Shown piece by piece: positions 8,848 through 17,988 of a stretch of DNA of 64,000 nt. The notes under the pieces were generated by a model, which was not told the origin of the DNA, did not search any database, and worked only from the letters and a program-made list of their open reading frames with translations. Location of the stretch: positions 38,501 through 102,500 of the forward strand of contig JAJDCD010000023.1 in assembly GCA_029261035.1 (NCBI GenBank). Direction: 5' to 3'. Each line of letters opens with the position of its first letter. The first letter of the stretch is position 1. This stretch comes from Candidatus Omnitrophota bacterium (GTDB lineage: Bacteria; Omnitrophota; Omnitrophia; Omnitrophales; JACROU01). The position numbers and the translations under genes were made by a program.

Positions 8848-9879
8848 TTATACTATCTTCAGCACAATCTTTCCGAAGTTTTTTCTGTCTAGCATGTGTT
8901 GATGGGCTTCCTTTGCTGCTTCGAGTGGGAATACTTTATCGATGACGGGTTTGAAGGTTCCTTCTTCTACTTTTTTTATGACTTCGAGTAACTCTGAGAG
9001 ACCTCCCATATAATTTCCCATGATGGACTGTTGTTTCATGAATAAAAACCGAAGATCGATTTTAACTTCGGGGCCCGTGGTTGCTCCGCAAGTAACAAGA
9101 CGTCCTCTTTTTGATAGGGAAGCCATGCTTTCTTCCCATGTAGCAGGCCCTACGTGTTCGAAAACTACGTTCACGCCTTTTCCTTCAGTAATGTCTAAAA
9201 CTTTTTCTGATATTTTTTCTGTGGAGTAATTAATTGTATGATCTGCTCCGAGATCTGTGGCGAGTTTTAATTTTTCGTCATTTCCTGCTGTTGCGATAAC
9301 GTTTGCTCCAATAGACTTTGCAATTTGAATTGCCGCGATTCCAATTCCACTGCCCGCTGCTTGGATTAAAACGCTTTCGCTTTGAATTAATTTGGCTTGA
9401 GTCACAAGCATGTGCCATGAGGTGAGGAATGTAAGTGGAATCGAAGCCCACTCTTCGAAGGTGAGTTTATCTGAAATTGGAATAATGTTTCGTGCGGGAC
9501 ATTTAACCAATTCGGCATAGCCGCCGTCTCTTAGAAAGCCCATTATTTTGTAACTGTCGCACATACTGTCCCAACCGCTTGTGCATGAATCACAAGTACC
9601 GCAAGAAACTCCGGGAGCGATAAGAACTCGGTCGCCGGGTTTAATCCCTTCAACTTCAGCACCTACTTCTTCGACAATACCTGCAGAGTCACATCCTAAA
9701 ATATGAGGAAGAGGAATGGGAACGCCTGGCATGCCTAAGCGAGTCCAAATATCTAAATGATTTAAGGCACAAGCATGATTGCGGACGAGCACTTCCTTTT
9801 CGTTAATCGTTGGATCGTTTACGTCCCCGTATTGCATTACATCTACTTCACCGTGTTGATCAAAATAAACTGCTTTCAT
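8848..9879 (-). CDS. Zinc-binding MDR-family alcohol dehydrogenase / quinone oxidoreductase
   Basis: GroES-like N-terminus, CGTCDSC...C structural Zn motif, AAGSGIG Rossmann motif, GKIVL C-terminus; SD aggag upstream. Confidence 0.9.
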   Translation of the reverse strand: MKAVYFDQHGEVDVMQYGDVNDPTINEKEVLVRNHACALNHLDIWTRLGMPGVPIPLPHILGCDSAGIVEEVGAEVEGIKPGDRVLIAPGVSCGTCDSCTSGWDSMCDSYKIMGFLRDGGYAELVKCPARNIIPISDKLTFEEWASIPLTFLTSWHMLVTQAKLIQSESVLIQAAGSGIGIAAIQIAKSIGANVIATAGNDEKLKLATDLGADHTINYSTEKISEKVLDITEGKGVNVVFEHVGPATWEESMASLSKRGRLVTCGATTGPEVKIDLRFLFMKQQSIMGNYMGGLSELLEVIKKVEEGTFKPVIDKVFPLEAAKEAHQHMLDRKNFGKIVLKIV

Positions 9880-9968
9880 GTTTTCTCCTTTGTTTATGGC
9901 TTATAGCTATTAGTCTTTAGCTTTTAGCAGAAACTTTTCTTTTTGTTATACTCCATTATCTTTTAAGG

Positions 9969-9992
9969 GGGCCAGGCCTTGGGGTCTGGCCC
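9969..9992. repeat. GGGCCAGG...CTGGCCC hairpin (variant of GTGCCAGG family)
   Basis: gggccaggccttggggtctggccc between MFS and dehydrogenase genes. Confidence 0.55.
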
Positions 9993-10015
9993 AAATACGG
10001 TCTTTTGTCATAAAA

Positions 10016-11215
10016 TCACTTTTGATTATTAGCTTTTAGTAACAATATAATTCCTACAGTCAGAACTACTATTAATTCTAAAATTGCGATTCTGAAATTG
10101 AATTGATCTGCAATTAAAGCAAAAAGGGCCATGGAAAAGCAAGAAAGTTTTGTTGTCATTCCATAGATCCCAAAAAATTCCCCAATTTTTTCTTTTGGAG
10201 AAATTTGAATTAAATATTTGCGACCCGAGGTCCAAATGCCAGCAAAGCTAAAGGATCCAAAAAGAATAACGCTGGATAAGGCTATAATTGGGTTTGGGGC
10301 GATGGTGAGTATGATGAGACAAATCCAAAGAGAAAGGGCAGAGAAAAAAAGAATTTTAAAAGCACCCACGCGGTCTGTAATAAAAGCGAGAGTAAATCCA
10401 AAAATAGCAGCGGCTAAGTTAGATCCAATAAGAATGAGGATGACCGAGCCTTGTTCTAGTCCAAAAGTGAATTTCAAAAAAACAGAAAGCCAAAGAATGA
10501 CGGCGTTCATCGCTTCAAGAATAAAAAAATGAGCTACAAAAAAATAAAAAACTTTTTTGTGATGAGGGATTTCTAATAATGTATGAGTTACTTCTTTGAA
10601 GTATTTACTGACATCTTTAAAACTAAAAGGCTCTGGGTTTGTGACTCTTCTTTCAGGAACATTCATAAATAGAGGTATTGCGGCCAGAAAATAAAAAATG
10701 CCGACCATTGGAAAAACAAAACGGGTTCCTAAGTAGTTTTGCACTAAGTAAGCCAATGGCAGAGCTAGAAGAACTCCCGTATAGCCTAAACCTGTTCCAA
10801 CTCCTGAAACCCAACCCTGTTTTTCGGGTGGGCTCACAACGGGAAGAAGTGAGTTGTAAAAGACCAGGCTGAGAAGAAATGAAAAATGAGCGACGGAAAA
10901 GAATACGAGTAGCCATATCAGTTGAGAAGAAAGACCTAAAAAAGCTGTAAAAAAACAGGTGAGACAGGTACTGATAAGGAGGTAAAACTTTGTTTTTCCG
11001 GTTCTGTCTGCTACGGCACCCATGGCTGGAGAGAAAACCCCAGCAAGAATCATCACTAGAGAAGCGGTTAAGCCTAATGAGGCCTTCCATTCTGTGATCG
11101 ATGTGACATAAAGGGGGAGAAATAAGGTCACAATCGCAGCAGAATAGAGGGTGTTGGCCAAGTCATACAGGGCCCAACTAGTGGTTTTCTTGTGGTCGAG
11201 TTGCTGGCTATCCAT
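10016..11215 (-). CDS. MFS transporter (UMF1/BtlA-like)
   Basis: SWALYDLAN N-terminal motif, GAVADRTG loop, ~12 hydrophobic segments; start moved to ATG 11215 (MDSQQ) because the upstream extension overlaps the nuoA promoter region. Confidence 0.85.
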   Translation of the reverse strand: MDSQQLDHKKTTSWALYDLANTLYSAAIVTLFLPLYVTSITEWKASLGLTASLVMILAGVFSPAMGAVADRTGKTKFYLLISTCLTCFFTAFLGLSSQLIWLLVFFSVAHFSFLLSLVFYNSLLPVVSPPEKQGWVSGVGTGLGYTGVLLALPLAYLVQNYLGTRFVFPMVGIFYFLAAIPLFMNVPERRVTNPEPFSFKDVSKYFKEVTHTLLEIPHHKKVFYFFVAHFFILEAMNAVILWLSVFLKFTFGLEQGSVILILIGSNLAAAIFGFTLAFITDRVGAFKILFFSALSLWICLIILTIAPNPIIALSSVILFGSFSFAGIWTSGRKYLIQISPKEKIGEFFGIYGMTTKLSCFSMALFALIADQFNFRIAILELIVVLTVGIILLLKANNQK

Positions 11216-11275
11216 AGGGATGCAGTATATATAAAAAACCCTTATGTTTATAGGACTTTTTAACCTTATTTTCCC

Positions 11276-11304
11276 TTCACACAAGTCTCTTTTCAGGGTA
11301 CAAT
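11276..11304 (+). promoter_or_regulatory. Putative sigma70 promoter of nuoA-I
   Basis: TTCACA-17 nt-TACAAT, 67 nt upstream of nuoA. Confidence 0.5.
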
Positions 11305-11371
11305 ACTCAGCTTATCTAGCGGCTATTTAGTCGCCTTTAGGATTTTAACTGATTCAATTTATAGGTTATTC

Positions 11372-11722
11372 ATGAATGAAGCTGTACTGATATTTACTCT
11401 TATTTTCTCTGCTTTGATTGTAGGAACCTTACTGGGATTACATCTTTTATTGAGTCCAAAGAACCCTAACTCAGTAAAGTCCGCTCCTTTTGAGTGCGGA
11501 AAGGACCCAATTTCTGAGCCTAAAGGGCGATTATCGGTACGATTTTATATTGTTGCGATGCTTTTTCTTATTTTTGATATCGAACTTGTGTTTCTTTATC
11601 CCTGGGCTGTTTTGTTTAGAGATTTAGGGGTTGTTGGATTTTTGGACATGCTTGTCTTTATTGTTATTTTGATGACAGGCTTTATTTATGCCTGGAAAAA
11701 GGGAGCTTTAAAATGGAGCTAA
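11372..11722 (+). CDS. nuoA: NADH-quinone oxidoreductase subunit A
   Basis: FECG loop, FLIFDIELVFLYPWA motif, WKKGALKW end. Confidence 0.97.
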   Translation: MNEAVLIFTLIFSALIVGTLLGLHLLLSPKNPNSVKSAPFECGKDPISEPKGRLSVRFYIVAMLFLIFDIELVFLYPWAVLFRDLGVVGFLDMLVFIVILMTGFIYAWKKGALKWS

Positions 11723-12237
11723 CTGCCCCACAAAAAGAAAATATTCAAAAAATTGAACACTCTAACTTGTTTACTCCTGGTTTTTTTAGCTCAAAGGTAT
11801 CTGAGGTTGTGGGTTGGGCAAGAAAGAATTCGATCTTTCAGTTTCCAATGGTAACGGCTTGTTGTGGAATGGAATACATGTCTGTTGCTTGTTCTCATTA
11901 TGATATCGATCGTTTTGGAGCGGGTTTTCCTCGTTTTAGTCCGCGTCAATCCGATGTTCTCTTTGTGGTTGGAACCATTAGTCATAAGATGGCGCCTGTG
12001 ATGAAACGTATTTATGAACAGATGACAGAACCTAAGTGGGTTGTTGCCTTTGGCGTGTGTACTTGTACCGGGGGTTTTTATGATAATTATGCAACGGTTC
12101 AGGGGATCGATACGATTATTCCTGTCGATGTGTATATCCCTGGATGTCCTCCAAGACCAGAGACTGTGATTGATGGACTTATTAAACTTCAAGAAAAAAT
12201 TGAACACTCTGGTTTCGAATCCAGACCTGGAAAGTAA
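11713..12237 (+). CDS. nuoB: NADH-quinone oxidoreductase subunit B
   Basis: TACCGME, SPRQSD, PVDVYIPGCPPRPE. Confidence 0.97.
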   Translation: MELTAPQKENIQKIEHSNLFTPGFFSSKVSEVVGWARKNSIFQFPMVTACCGMEYMSVACSHYDIDRFGAGFPRFSPRQSDVLFVVGTISHKMAPVMKRIYEQMTEPKWVVAFGVCTCTGGFYDNYATVQGIDTIIPVDVYIPGCPPRPETVIDGLIKLQEKIEHSGFESRPGK

Positions 12238-12245
12238 TCTAAAAA

Positions 12246-12728
12246 ATGACTGATTTAATAGAAGTAATTCAAAATAAATTCCCAGATTTAGTCGAGTCTT
12301 CTCATAGCCAATGTGGCGACCAGACCGTTGTGCTCAAAAAAGAAGGTCTTTTAACGGTAATGAAGTACGTTCAACATGAGCCTTCTCTTCATTTCAATAT
12401 GTTGATGGATCTTACGGCTGTAGATTACTGGGCTCAACTTAGAAAACCTCGCTTTGATGTGGTTTATCATTTGTATTCAACAACAAAAAATCATCGATTG
12501 CGTATTAAAGTTCAAGTAAGTGAAAAAGAGTGTGAAGTAGATTCGTTAACTTCTTTTTGGCCATCCGCGAATTGGTTTGAAAGAGAAGTGTGGGATATGT
12601 TTGGCGTTAAATTTAAGGGCCATCCAAATATGAAACGTATTTTGATGTACGAAGAGTTTAAAGGGCATCCGTTGAGAAAAGATTATATGTATAACAAAAG
12701 ACAACCTCTTGTGGGGCCTGTGAATTAA
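12246..12728 (+). CDS. nuoC: NADH-quinone oxidoreductase subunit C
   Basis: ANWFEREVWDMFG, GHPLRKD. Confidence 0.97.
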   Translation: MTDLIEVIQNKFPDLVESSHSQCGDQTVVLKKEGLLTVMKYVQHEPSLHFNMLMDLTAVDYWAQLRKPRFDVVYHLYSTTKNHRLRIKVQVSEKECEVDSLTSFWPSANWFEREVWDMFGVKFKGHPNMKRILMYEEFKGHPLRKDYMYNKRQPLVGPVN

Positions 12729-12763
12729 GTACGGAAGTCTGATAGTTATAGAAAAAGGAAAAA

Positions 12764-14137
12764 ATGAGCGAATATTCAAAATTAGATGTAACTCAAGAAA
12801 CGATTGATGCTGAGACGGAAGGGATGACGATCAATATGGGTCCTGCCCATCCCGCTATGCATGGTGTTGTCCGTCTGATTATGAATTTAGATGGGGAACG
12901 CATCCGTAAAGTGGATGTTGAGATTGGTTATTTGCATCGAGCGTTTGAAAAGTCGGCAGAGCAAGCCGGTTATCTGCAGGTGATTCCTTATACGGATCGT
13001 TTAAATTATGTGTCTCCACTGATTAATAATTTTGGTTATGCGAGTGCCGTTGAAAAACTGATGGGCATTGAAACTACAGAACGTTGCCAATTTATTCGTG
13101 TGATCATGAGTGAAATTTCTCGTGTTTCGGATCATTTAACTTGTGTAGGAGCTTCAGCGATGGAGTTGGGAGCTTTTACGGCATTTCTGTATTTAATGAA
13201 AGCTAGAGAATATTTGTACGAGCTTGTTGAAGAAGTTACAGGGGCGCGCCTCACAATTTCTTATGTGCGCATCGGAGGGGTTAAGGCAGATTTTCCAGAA
13301 GGTTTTAAGGGAAGAGCGCTTAATGCGATTAAAGAAGTACGAAAAGTTTTAAAAGAAACAAATCAGCTGTTAACGCGTAATCGAATTTTTATGGATCGTT
13401 TAGAAGGAATAGGTCTGATCTCTCAGGAAGATGCGATTGCTCATGGAATTACAGGGCCGTTTCTTCGTTCGACAGGTTGTGATTTTGATTTAAGAAAAGC
13501 GAGTCCTTATTGGGTGTACGACCGTATTGATTTTGATGTCCCAGTTGGAAGTCGCGGAGATAACTATGACCGTTACTTAGTCCGTTTAGAAGAAATGGAA
13601 CAAAGTATGCGTATTATTGAAAAAGCATTCGCATTGATGAAAGAAGGAAGTATTCGCGTAGATGCTCAAGGAAAAGAAATTCCTGCATCTTTGATGGTGG
13701 ACGAAGCCAAGATGGGAAACACAAAAGGTTTCTGGCAGTTCGAACCTCAGGTGGACCCTACGCTAGAAGGAACCGCGAAAAAAAATCAGAAAGCTATTTA
13801 TCCGGATGTTGAAGATAAGAAAGAATTCATGTTGCCGGCGAAAGAAAATACATACGGCAATATTGAAGGGCTCATGAATCATTTTAAATTGATCATGATT
13901 GGTCATGGTACGAGTCCTCCTAAAGGGGAAGTTTATTTTCCTGTTGAGGGAGGGAACGGAGAGCTTGGTTTTTATGTTGTGAGCGATGGGACGGATCGTC
14001 CTTATCGAGTGCGAGTGCATCCTCCTTGCTTTCCTATTATGTCGGCTCTTCCTAAGATGTTGGAAGGGGACATGGTGGCGGATGTGATTGCGACGTTTGG
14101 TTCGGTGAATATGATTGCGGGGGAGTTGGATAGGTAG
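12764..14137 (+). CDS. nuoD: NADH-quinone oxidoreductase subunit D
   Basis: NMGPAHPAMHGV, GYLHRAFEK, DRLNY, GELDR C-terminus; internal insertion. Confidence 0.97.
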   Translation: MSEYSKLDVTQETIDAETEGMTINMGPAHPAMHGVVRLIMNLDGERIRKVDVEIGYLHRAFEKSAEQAGYLQVIPYTDRLNYVSPLINNFGYASAVEKLMGIETTERCQFIRVIMSEISRVSDHLTCVGASAMELGAFTAFLYLMKAREYLYELVEEVTGARLTISYVRIGGVKADFPEGFKGRALNAIKEVRKVLKETNQLLTRNRIFMDRLEGIGLISQEDAIAHGITGPFLRSTGCDFDLRKASPYWVYDRIDFDVPVGSRGDNYDRYLVRLEEMEQSMRIIEKAFALMKEGSIRVDAQGKEIPASLMVDEAKMGNTKGFWQFEPQVDPTLEGTAKKNQKAIYPDVEDKKEFMLPAKENTYGNIEGLMNHFKLIMIGHGTSPPKGEVYFPVEGGNGELGFYVVSDGTDRPYRVRVHPPCFPIMSALPKMLEGDMVADVIATFGSVNMIAGELDR

Positions 14138-14163
14138 ATGTGGGGTTTGAAAGTTGCGTCGTC

Positions 14164-14259
14164 GGAATTATATTTCCCCGGCGCTCAGACAGCACAAAAG
14201 TGACTGTCACCTGGGGTGACCGTCACTTTTGTGAACTCGCGGCGGGGAAATATAATTCC
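14164..14259 (+). ncRNA. Candidate structured RNA/ssDNA element, copy 1
   Basis: Invariant core CCGGCGCTCAGACAGCACAAAA...TTTTGTGAACTCGCGGCGG inside a perfect 16-bp stem; same core at 35268 and 44887 with different stems; RNA status unproven. Confidence 0.55.
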
Positions 14260-14338
14260 TCCTCCTAGAGAACCAAACGTCTCGTTTTTTATTGGTTTAG
14301 GGCGAGGTGCTTCGCGCAATATGTTTTGCTAATAGCTA

Positions 14339-14421
14339 GTGACTGTCACTTTTGCTTAGTTGAAAATAGTGGAAGAGATTGGCGGTGACAGTCACTGAAG
14401 TGACAGTCACCTAAAAAGCTA
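14339..14421. repeat. GTGACWGTCAC palindrome cluster upstream of nuoE
   Basis: Palindromes at 14339, 14385, 14400; same layout as 16245-16333. Confidence 0.8.
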
Positions 14422-14437
14422 TAGACAAAGGAATATA

Positions 14438-14902
14438 ATGGAAATACCTGAAGAGTTAAAGAAGAAGTGGGATGAGGCTGTGGCGCGGTATGAGGAGAAG
14501 AGGGCTGCTTTGCTTCCTGTGTTGAGATTAAGCCAAGATCATTTTGGGTATATTTCTGCAGAGGTGGAAGAGGCTGTTGCTCATTATATGGGGACGACAC
14601 CTGTTCATATTCGGGAAGTGGTTACTTTTTATGAGCTTTTTCATACGAAGCCTGTGGGTAAGAACAATATTCAATTCTGCCATACGCTTGCTTGTAACTT
14701 GAATGGTTGTGAGCCGTTGATTAAACAGCTGAAAGAAAAGATTGGAATTAAAGAAGGGGAGACCTCTTCCGATGGGAAGTATTCTTTTTCTAGAGCAGAG
14801 TGTTTAGGGGCTTGTGAGATGGCTCCAATGATGAAAATCAACAAAGACATTTATGGTCCGTTGGATAAAGATAAACTAAACGAGATTATTGAGAACCTCT
14901 AA
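14438..14902 (+). CDS. nuoE: NADH-quinone oxidoreductase subunit E
   Basis: CHTLAC and ECLGAC 2Fe-2S motifs, VVTFY. Confidence 0.95.
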   Translation: MEIPEELKKKWDEAVARYEEKRAALLPVLRLSQDHFGYISAEVEEAVAHYMGTTPVHIREVVTFYELFHTKPVGKNNIQFCHTLACNLNGCEPLIKQLKEKIGIKEGETSSDGKYSFSRAECLGACEMAPMMKINKDIYGPLDKDKLNEIIENL

Positions 14903-14966
14903 GTTTTAATGGGGGACTGTCCCTTCGGGACTGTCCCAGACTAAGTCTAGAAGGCAACTATTAATT

Positions 14967-16244
14967 ATGACGGAAAAATTAATTACAAAATATTTAGAAC
15001 TTACGGATGCGAATAAAATAGATGTGTTTGAATCTAAGGACGGCTATAGCCGTATCCAAAAAGTCTTAAAAGAATTAAAGCCAGAAGAAGTGGTTGATGA
15101 AGTTAAAAAATCAAACCTTCGAGGGTTGGGTGGAGCTGGTTTCTCTACTGGGATGAAGTGGAGCTTTATTCCTAAGGATGGAAAGAAACCTGTTTATCTT
15201 GTTTGTAATTGTGATGAGGCTGAGCCGGGCACTTTTAAAGACAGACATATTGTTACATCGACACCTCATTTATTGTTAGAGGGGATGATGATTGCTGCTT
15301 TTGCTGTTAATGCACATAAAGCTTACATATTTATTCGGGGTGAGTACGAACGTCCGTACGAACGTCTGGCAAAAGCGGTTGAAGAAGCTTACGCAAAAGG
15401 GTATTTAGGAAAAAATATTTTTGGTAGTGGTTATGATTTGGACATTGTTGTGCATCAAGGTGCTGGCGCTTATATTTGCGGAGAAGAATCGGCATTACTT
15501 GAAGCTCTTGAAGGAAAAAAAGGTTGGCCCAGATTAAAACCTCCTTTCCCTGCCGTTGTTGGGTTGTTTGGCTGCCCTACGGTGATCAACAATGTTGAGA
15601 CTTTATCGTATTTGCCTTTAGTGATGCAAGGTGGGGCAGATTGGTTTTCGAAATTAGCCGGAGAAGAAAAGTCTGGAGGAACGCGTCTTTTTTGTGTGAG
15701 TGGACACGTCAATAAACCTGGAATTTATGAGCTCCCTGTTGATACAACGTTAAGATCTTTGATTTATGATCATGCCGGAGGAATCCGAGGGGGTAAGCAA
15801 TTAAAAGCAGTTGTCCCTGGGGGTATTTCTGCCCCGATATTAAGTGCTGAAGAAATTGATGTCAAAATGGATTTCGATTCTTTGAGAGCTGCTGGAACCA
15901 TGGCGGGATCTGGGGGTGTGATGGTGATGGATGAAGATACCAATATGGTAGAAGCGTTGATGGTTGCTTCTCGTTTTTTTGCTCACGAATCTTGCGGCCA
16001 GTGTTCTCCTTGTCGTGAAGGAAGTGCCTGGCTTTATAAAATTGTGAAACGTATTAATGAAGGTGAAGGCCGTGTTGAGGACTTAGATAGTATGTTGTCT
16101 ATTGCAGGTAATATTTCTGGAACGACTATTTGTGCGTTAGGGGATGCTGCAGCAATGCCTGTCACAAGTTATATTAAAAAATTTAGAAGTGATTTTGAAG
16201 ATTATATTAGTGACTGTCACTTGCCTGTGGAAACACAGAGCTAA
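14967..16244 (+). CDS. nuoF: NADH-quinone oxidoreductase subunit F
   Basis: GLGGAGF, DEAEPGTFKD, GAGAYICGEE, ESCGQCSPCREG. Confidence 0.97.
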   Translation: MTEKLITKYLELTDANKIDVFESKDGYSRIQKVLKELKPEEVVDEVKKSNLRGLGGAGFSTGMKWSFIPKDGKKPVYLVCNCDEAEPGTFKDRHIVTSTPHLLLEGMMIAAFAVNAHKAYIFIRGEYERPYERLAKAVEEAYAKGYLGKNIFGSGYDLDIVVHQGAGAYICGEESALLEALEGKKGWPRLKPPFPAVVGLFGCPTVINNVETLSYLPLVMQGGADWFSKLAGEEKSGGTRLFCVSGHVNKPGIYELPVDTTLRSLIYDHAGGIRGGKQLKAVVPGGISAPILSAEEIDVKMDFDSLRAAGTMAGSGGVMVMDEDTNMVEALMVASRFFAHESCGQCSPCREGSAWLYKIVKRINEGEGRVEDLDSMLSIAGNISGTTICALGDAAAMPVTSYIKKFRSDFEDYISDCHLPVETQS

Positions 16245-16333
16245 GTGACTGTCACTATTAGGGCATAGAAAAAATTAGAGAAAGACGGTGACAGTCACTA
16301 AAGTGACAGTCACCTAAAAGCCAATAGCTATAG
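16210..16333. repeat. GTGACWGTCAC palindrome cluster overlapping nuoF 3' end and nuoF-nuoG spacer
   Basis: Palindromes at 16210, 16245, 16288, 16303. Confidence 0.8.
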
Positions 16334-16347
16334 GAGTTCGAAGAGTT

Positions 16348-17976
16348 ATGCCAAAAGTTACCATTGATGGTCATGAGATAGAGGTTTCTCAGGGAACAAC
16401 AATCATGCAAGCCACAAAACAGTTAGCAATTGAAGTGCCTTATTATTGTTGGCACCCAGGGCTTTCTGTTGCGGGAAATTGTCGTATGTGTCTTGTGGAT
16501 GTTGAAGGTCCTCCAAAGCCTCAAATTGCGTGTTACACCCAGGTTACTGAGGGAATGGTAGTCCATACGCAGTCTGAGAAGGCGAAGAAAGCACGTAAAG
16601 GAACTTTGGAGTTTTTGCTTTCGAATCATCCTTTGGATTGTCCCGTATGTGACCAAGCTGGAGAGTGTGACCTACAAAATTTTTATATGGATCACGGGCA
16701 ATATGATTCTCGATTTGATGAACAAAAACACAAAAAGAAAAAAGCTCAGCCCGTAGGGGAAAACGTGATGTTGGATCAAGAGCGCTGTGTTCTTTGTTCT
16801 CGCTGTGTTCGGTTTTGTGATGAAATTACAGGTACCGGAGAACTGGGTATTGTGAATCGAGGAAGTCATGAAGAGATTACCGTGTTTCCTGGCAAAGAGG
16901 TCAATAATGCTTACTCAGGTAATGTTGTTGATATTTGTCCTGTCGGGGCTTTAACGGATCGTGATTTTCGTTTTAAATGTCGTGTTTGGTATCTTTCCAG
17001 TCAAGACTCGGTATGTCCGGGGTGTTCTCAAGGTTGTAACATTCGTATTGATTCTAATTTATCTCGACCTCAGCATGGAGAGGGTGAGCGAGTGATGCGT
17101 TTAAAGCCAAGAGAAAACTTGAACGTGAATGATTACTGGATGTGTGACGAGGGTCGTTATAACTATAATTTTATTGATCGTAATCGTATTCAAACAGCTT
17201 CTCGAGTTAAAGAAGGGGTTGTTGAAGAAATTTTATTTGAGGATGCAGTTGATTCTTTGGCAAGTGTTTTAGGAGATGCAGTTAGAGAGCAGAGACATGG
17301 ACGTATCGGGGTTCTTGTTTCAACGCAGTTGACCAACGAAGATCTTTTCTTTGTTAAAAAGTTCTTCAAAACTAATCTGGGGATGGATGCAGTAGAATCT
17401 CGTTTTTCATTTCCTGAAGGAAGTAGTGATGACTTTTTGATTAAAGCAGATAAAAGCCCAAATACAGCAGGGGCACAAGCTTTAGAAGTAATTGCTTCTG
17501 GAACGTATCAATCTGGGGAAGATCTAATTGATAAAACGATTGCAGGAGAGTTTGATGTTTTAATTTCTTTCGGAGTCGATATTGATGGGTTGCTAGGAAA
17601 AGAAAAATTAGATGCGATTCTTGAGAAAGTAACATTACTTGCTTATGTTGGCAGTAATCACAATGAAACATCTAAAAAAGCACAGTTGGTTATTCCGAGT
17701 ACGGTTTATGCAGAAAAAGATGGAACCTTTACCAATGTTCATGGAAGGGTTCAGCGTATTTGGCCTGCATTTCCTCCTTTAGGACAAGCTAGACCCGAAT
17801 GGCAGATTATTTGTGACCTTTCAGAAAAGACAGGTTTCTCTGTGTCTGCAGATGATGCGGAATCTATTTTTAGTGAAATCACACAAACAGTTTCTTCTTT
17901 TCAAGGGTTGAGTTATGAAAAACTAGGAAAAGAAGGAAGTCTATTGAGCACAGTTAAAGAAACTGTAGAGAAATAG
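16348..17976 (+). CDS. nuoG: NADH-quinone oxidoreductase subunit G (short form, 542 aa)
   Basis: GNCRMC, HPLDCPVCDQAGEC, CVLCSRCVRFC, CPGCSQGC Fe-S motifs; position in operon. Confidence 0.93.
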   Translation: MPKVTIDGHEIEVSQGTTIMQATKQLAIEVPYYCWHPGLSVAGNCRMCLVDVEGPPKPQIACYTQVTEGMVVHTQSEKAKKARKGTLEFLLSNHPLDCPVCDQAGECDLQNFYMDHGQYDSRFDEQKHKKKKAQPVGENVMLDQERCVLCSRCVRFCDEITGTGELGIVNRGSHEEITVFPGKEVNNAYSGNVVDICPVGALTDRDFRFKCRVWYLSSQDSVCPGCSQGCNIRIDSNLSRPQHGEGERVMRLKPRENLNVNDYWMCDEGRYNYNFIDRNRIQTASRVKEGVVEEILFEDAVDSLASVLGDAVREQRHGRIGVLVSTQLTNEDLFFVKKFFKTNLGMDAVESRFSFPEGSSDDFLIKADKSPNTAGAQALEVIASGTYQSGEDLIDKTIAGEFDVLISFGVDIDGLLGKEKLDAILEKVTLLAYVGSNHNETSKKAQLVIPSTVYAEKDGTFTNVHGRVQRIWPAFPPLGQARPEWQIICDLSEKTGFSVSADDAESIFSEITQTVSSFQGLSYEKLGKEGSLLSTVKETVEK

Positions 17977-17988
17977 TTAGAGGAACGT

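Noticed and set aside
8763-8945. Short ORFs 8763-8945, 45442-45636, 14346-14600, 19682-19936, 33778-34032, 52935-53207
   Set aside because: They are translations of palindromic repeats (e.g. RGHALL twice) or overlap real genes
14164-14259. Hammerhead, twister or known riboswitch identity for the structured element
   Set aside because: No CUGANGA/GAAA core or other consensus I recognise on either strand
14164-16333. CRISPR array from recurring GTGACWGTCAC
   Set aside because: Repeat only 11 bp, irregular spacing, no cas genes
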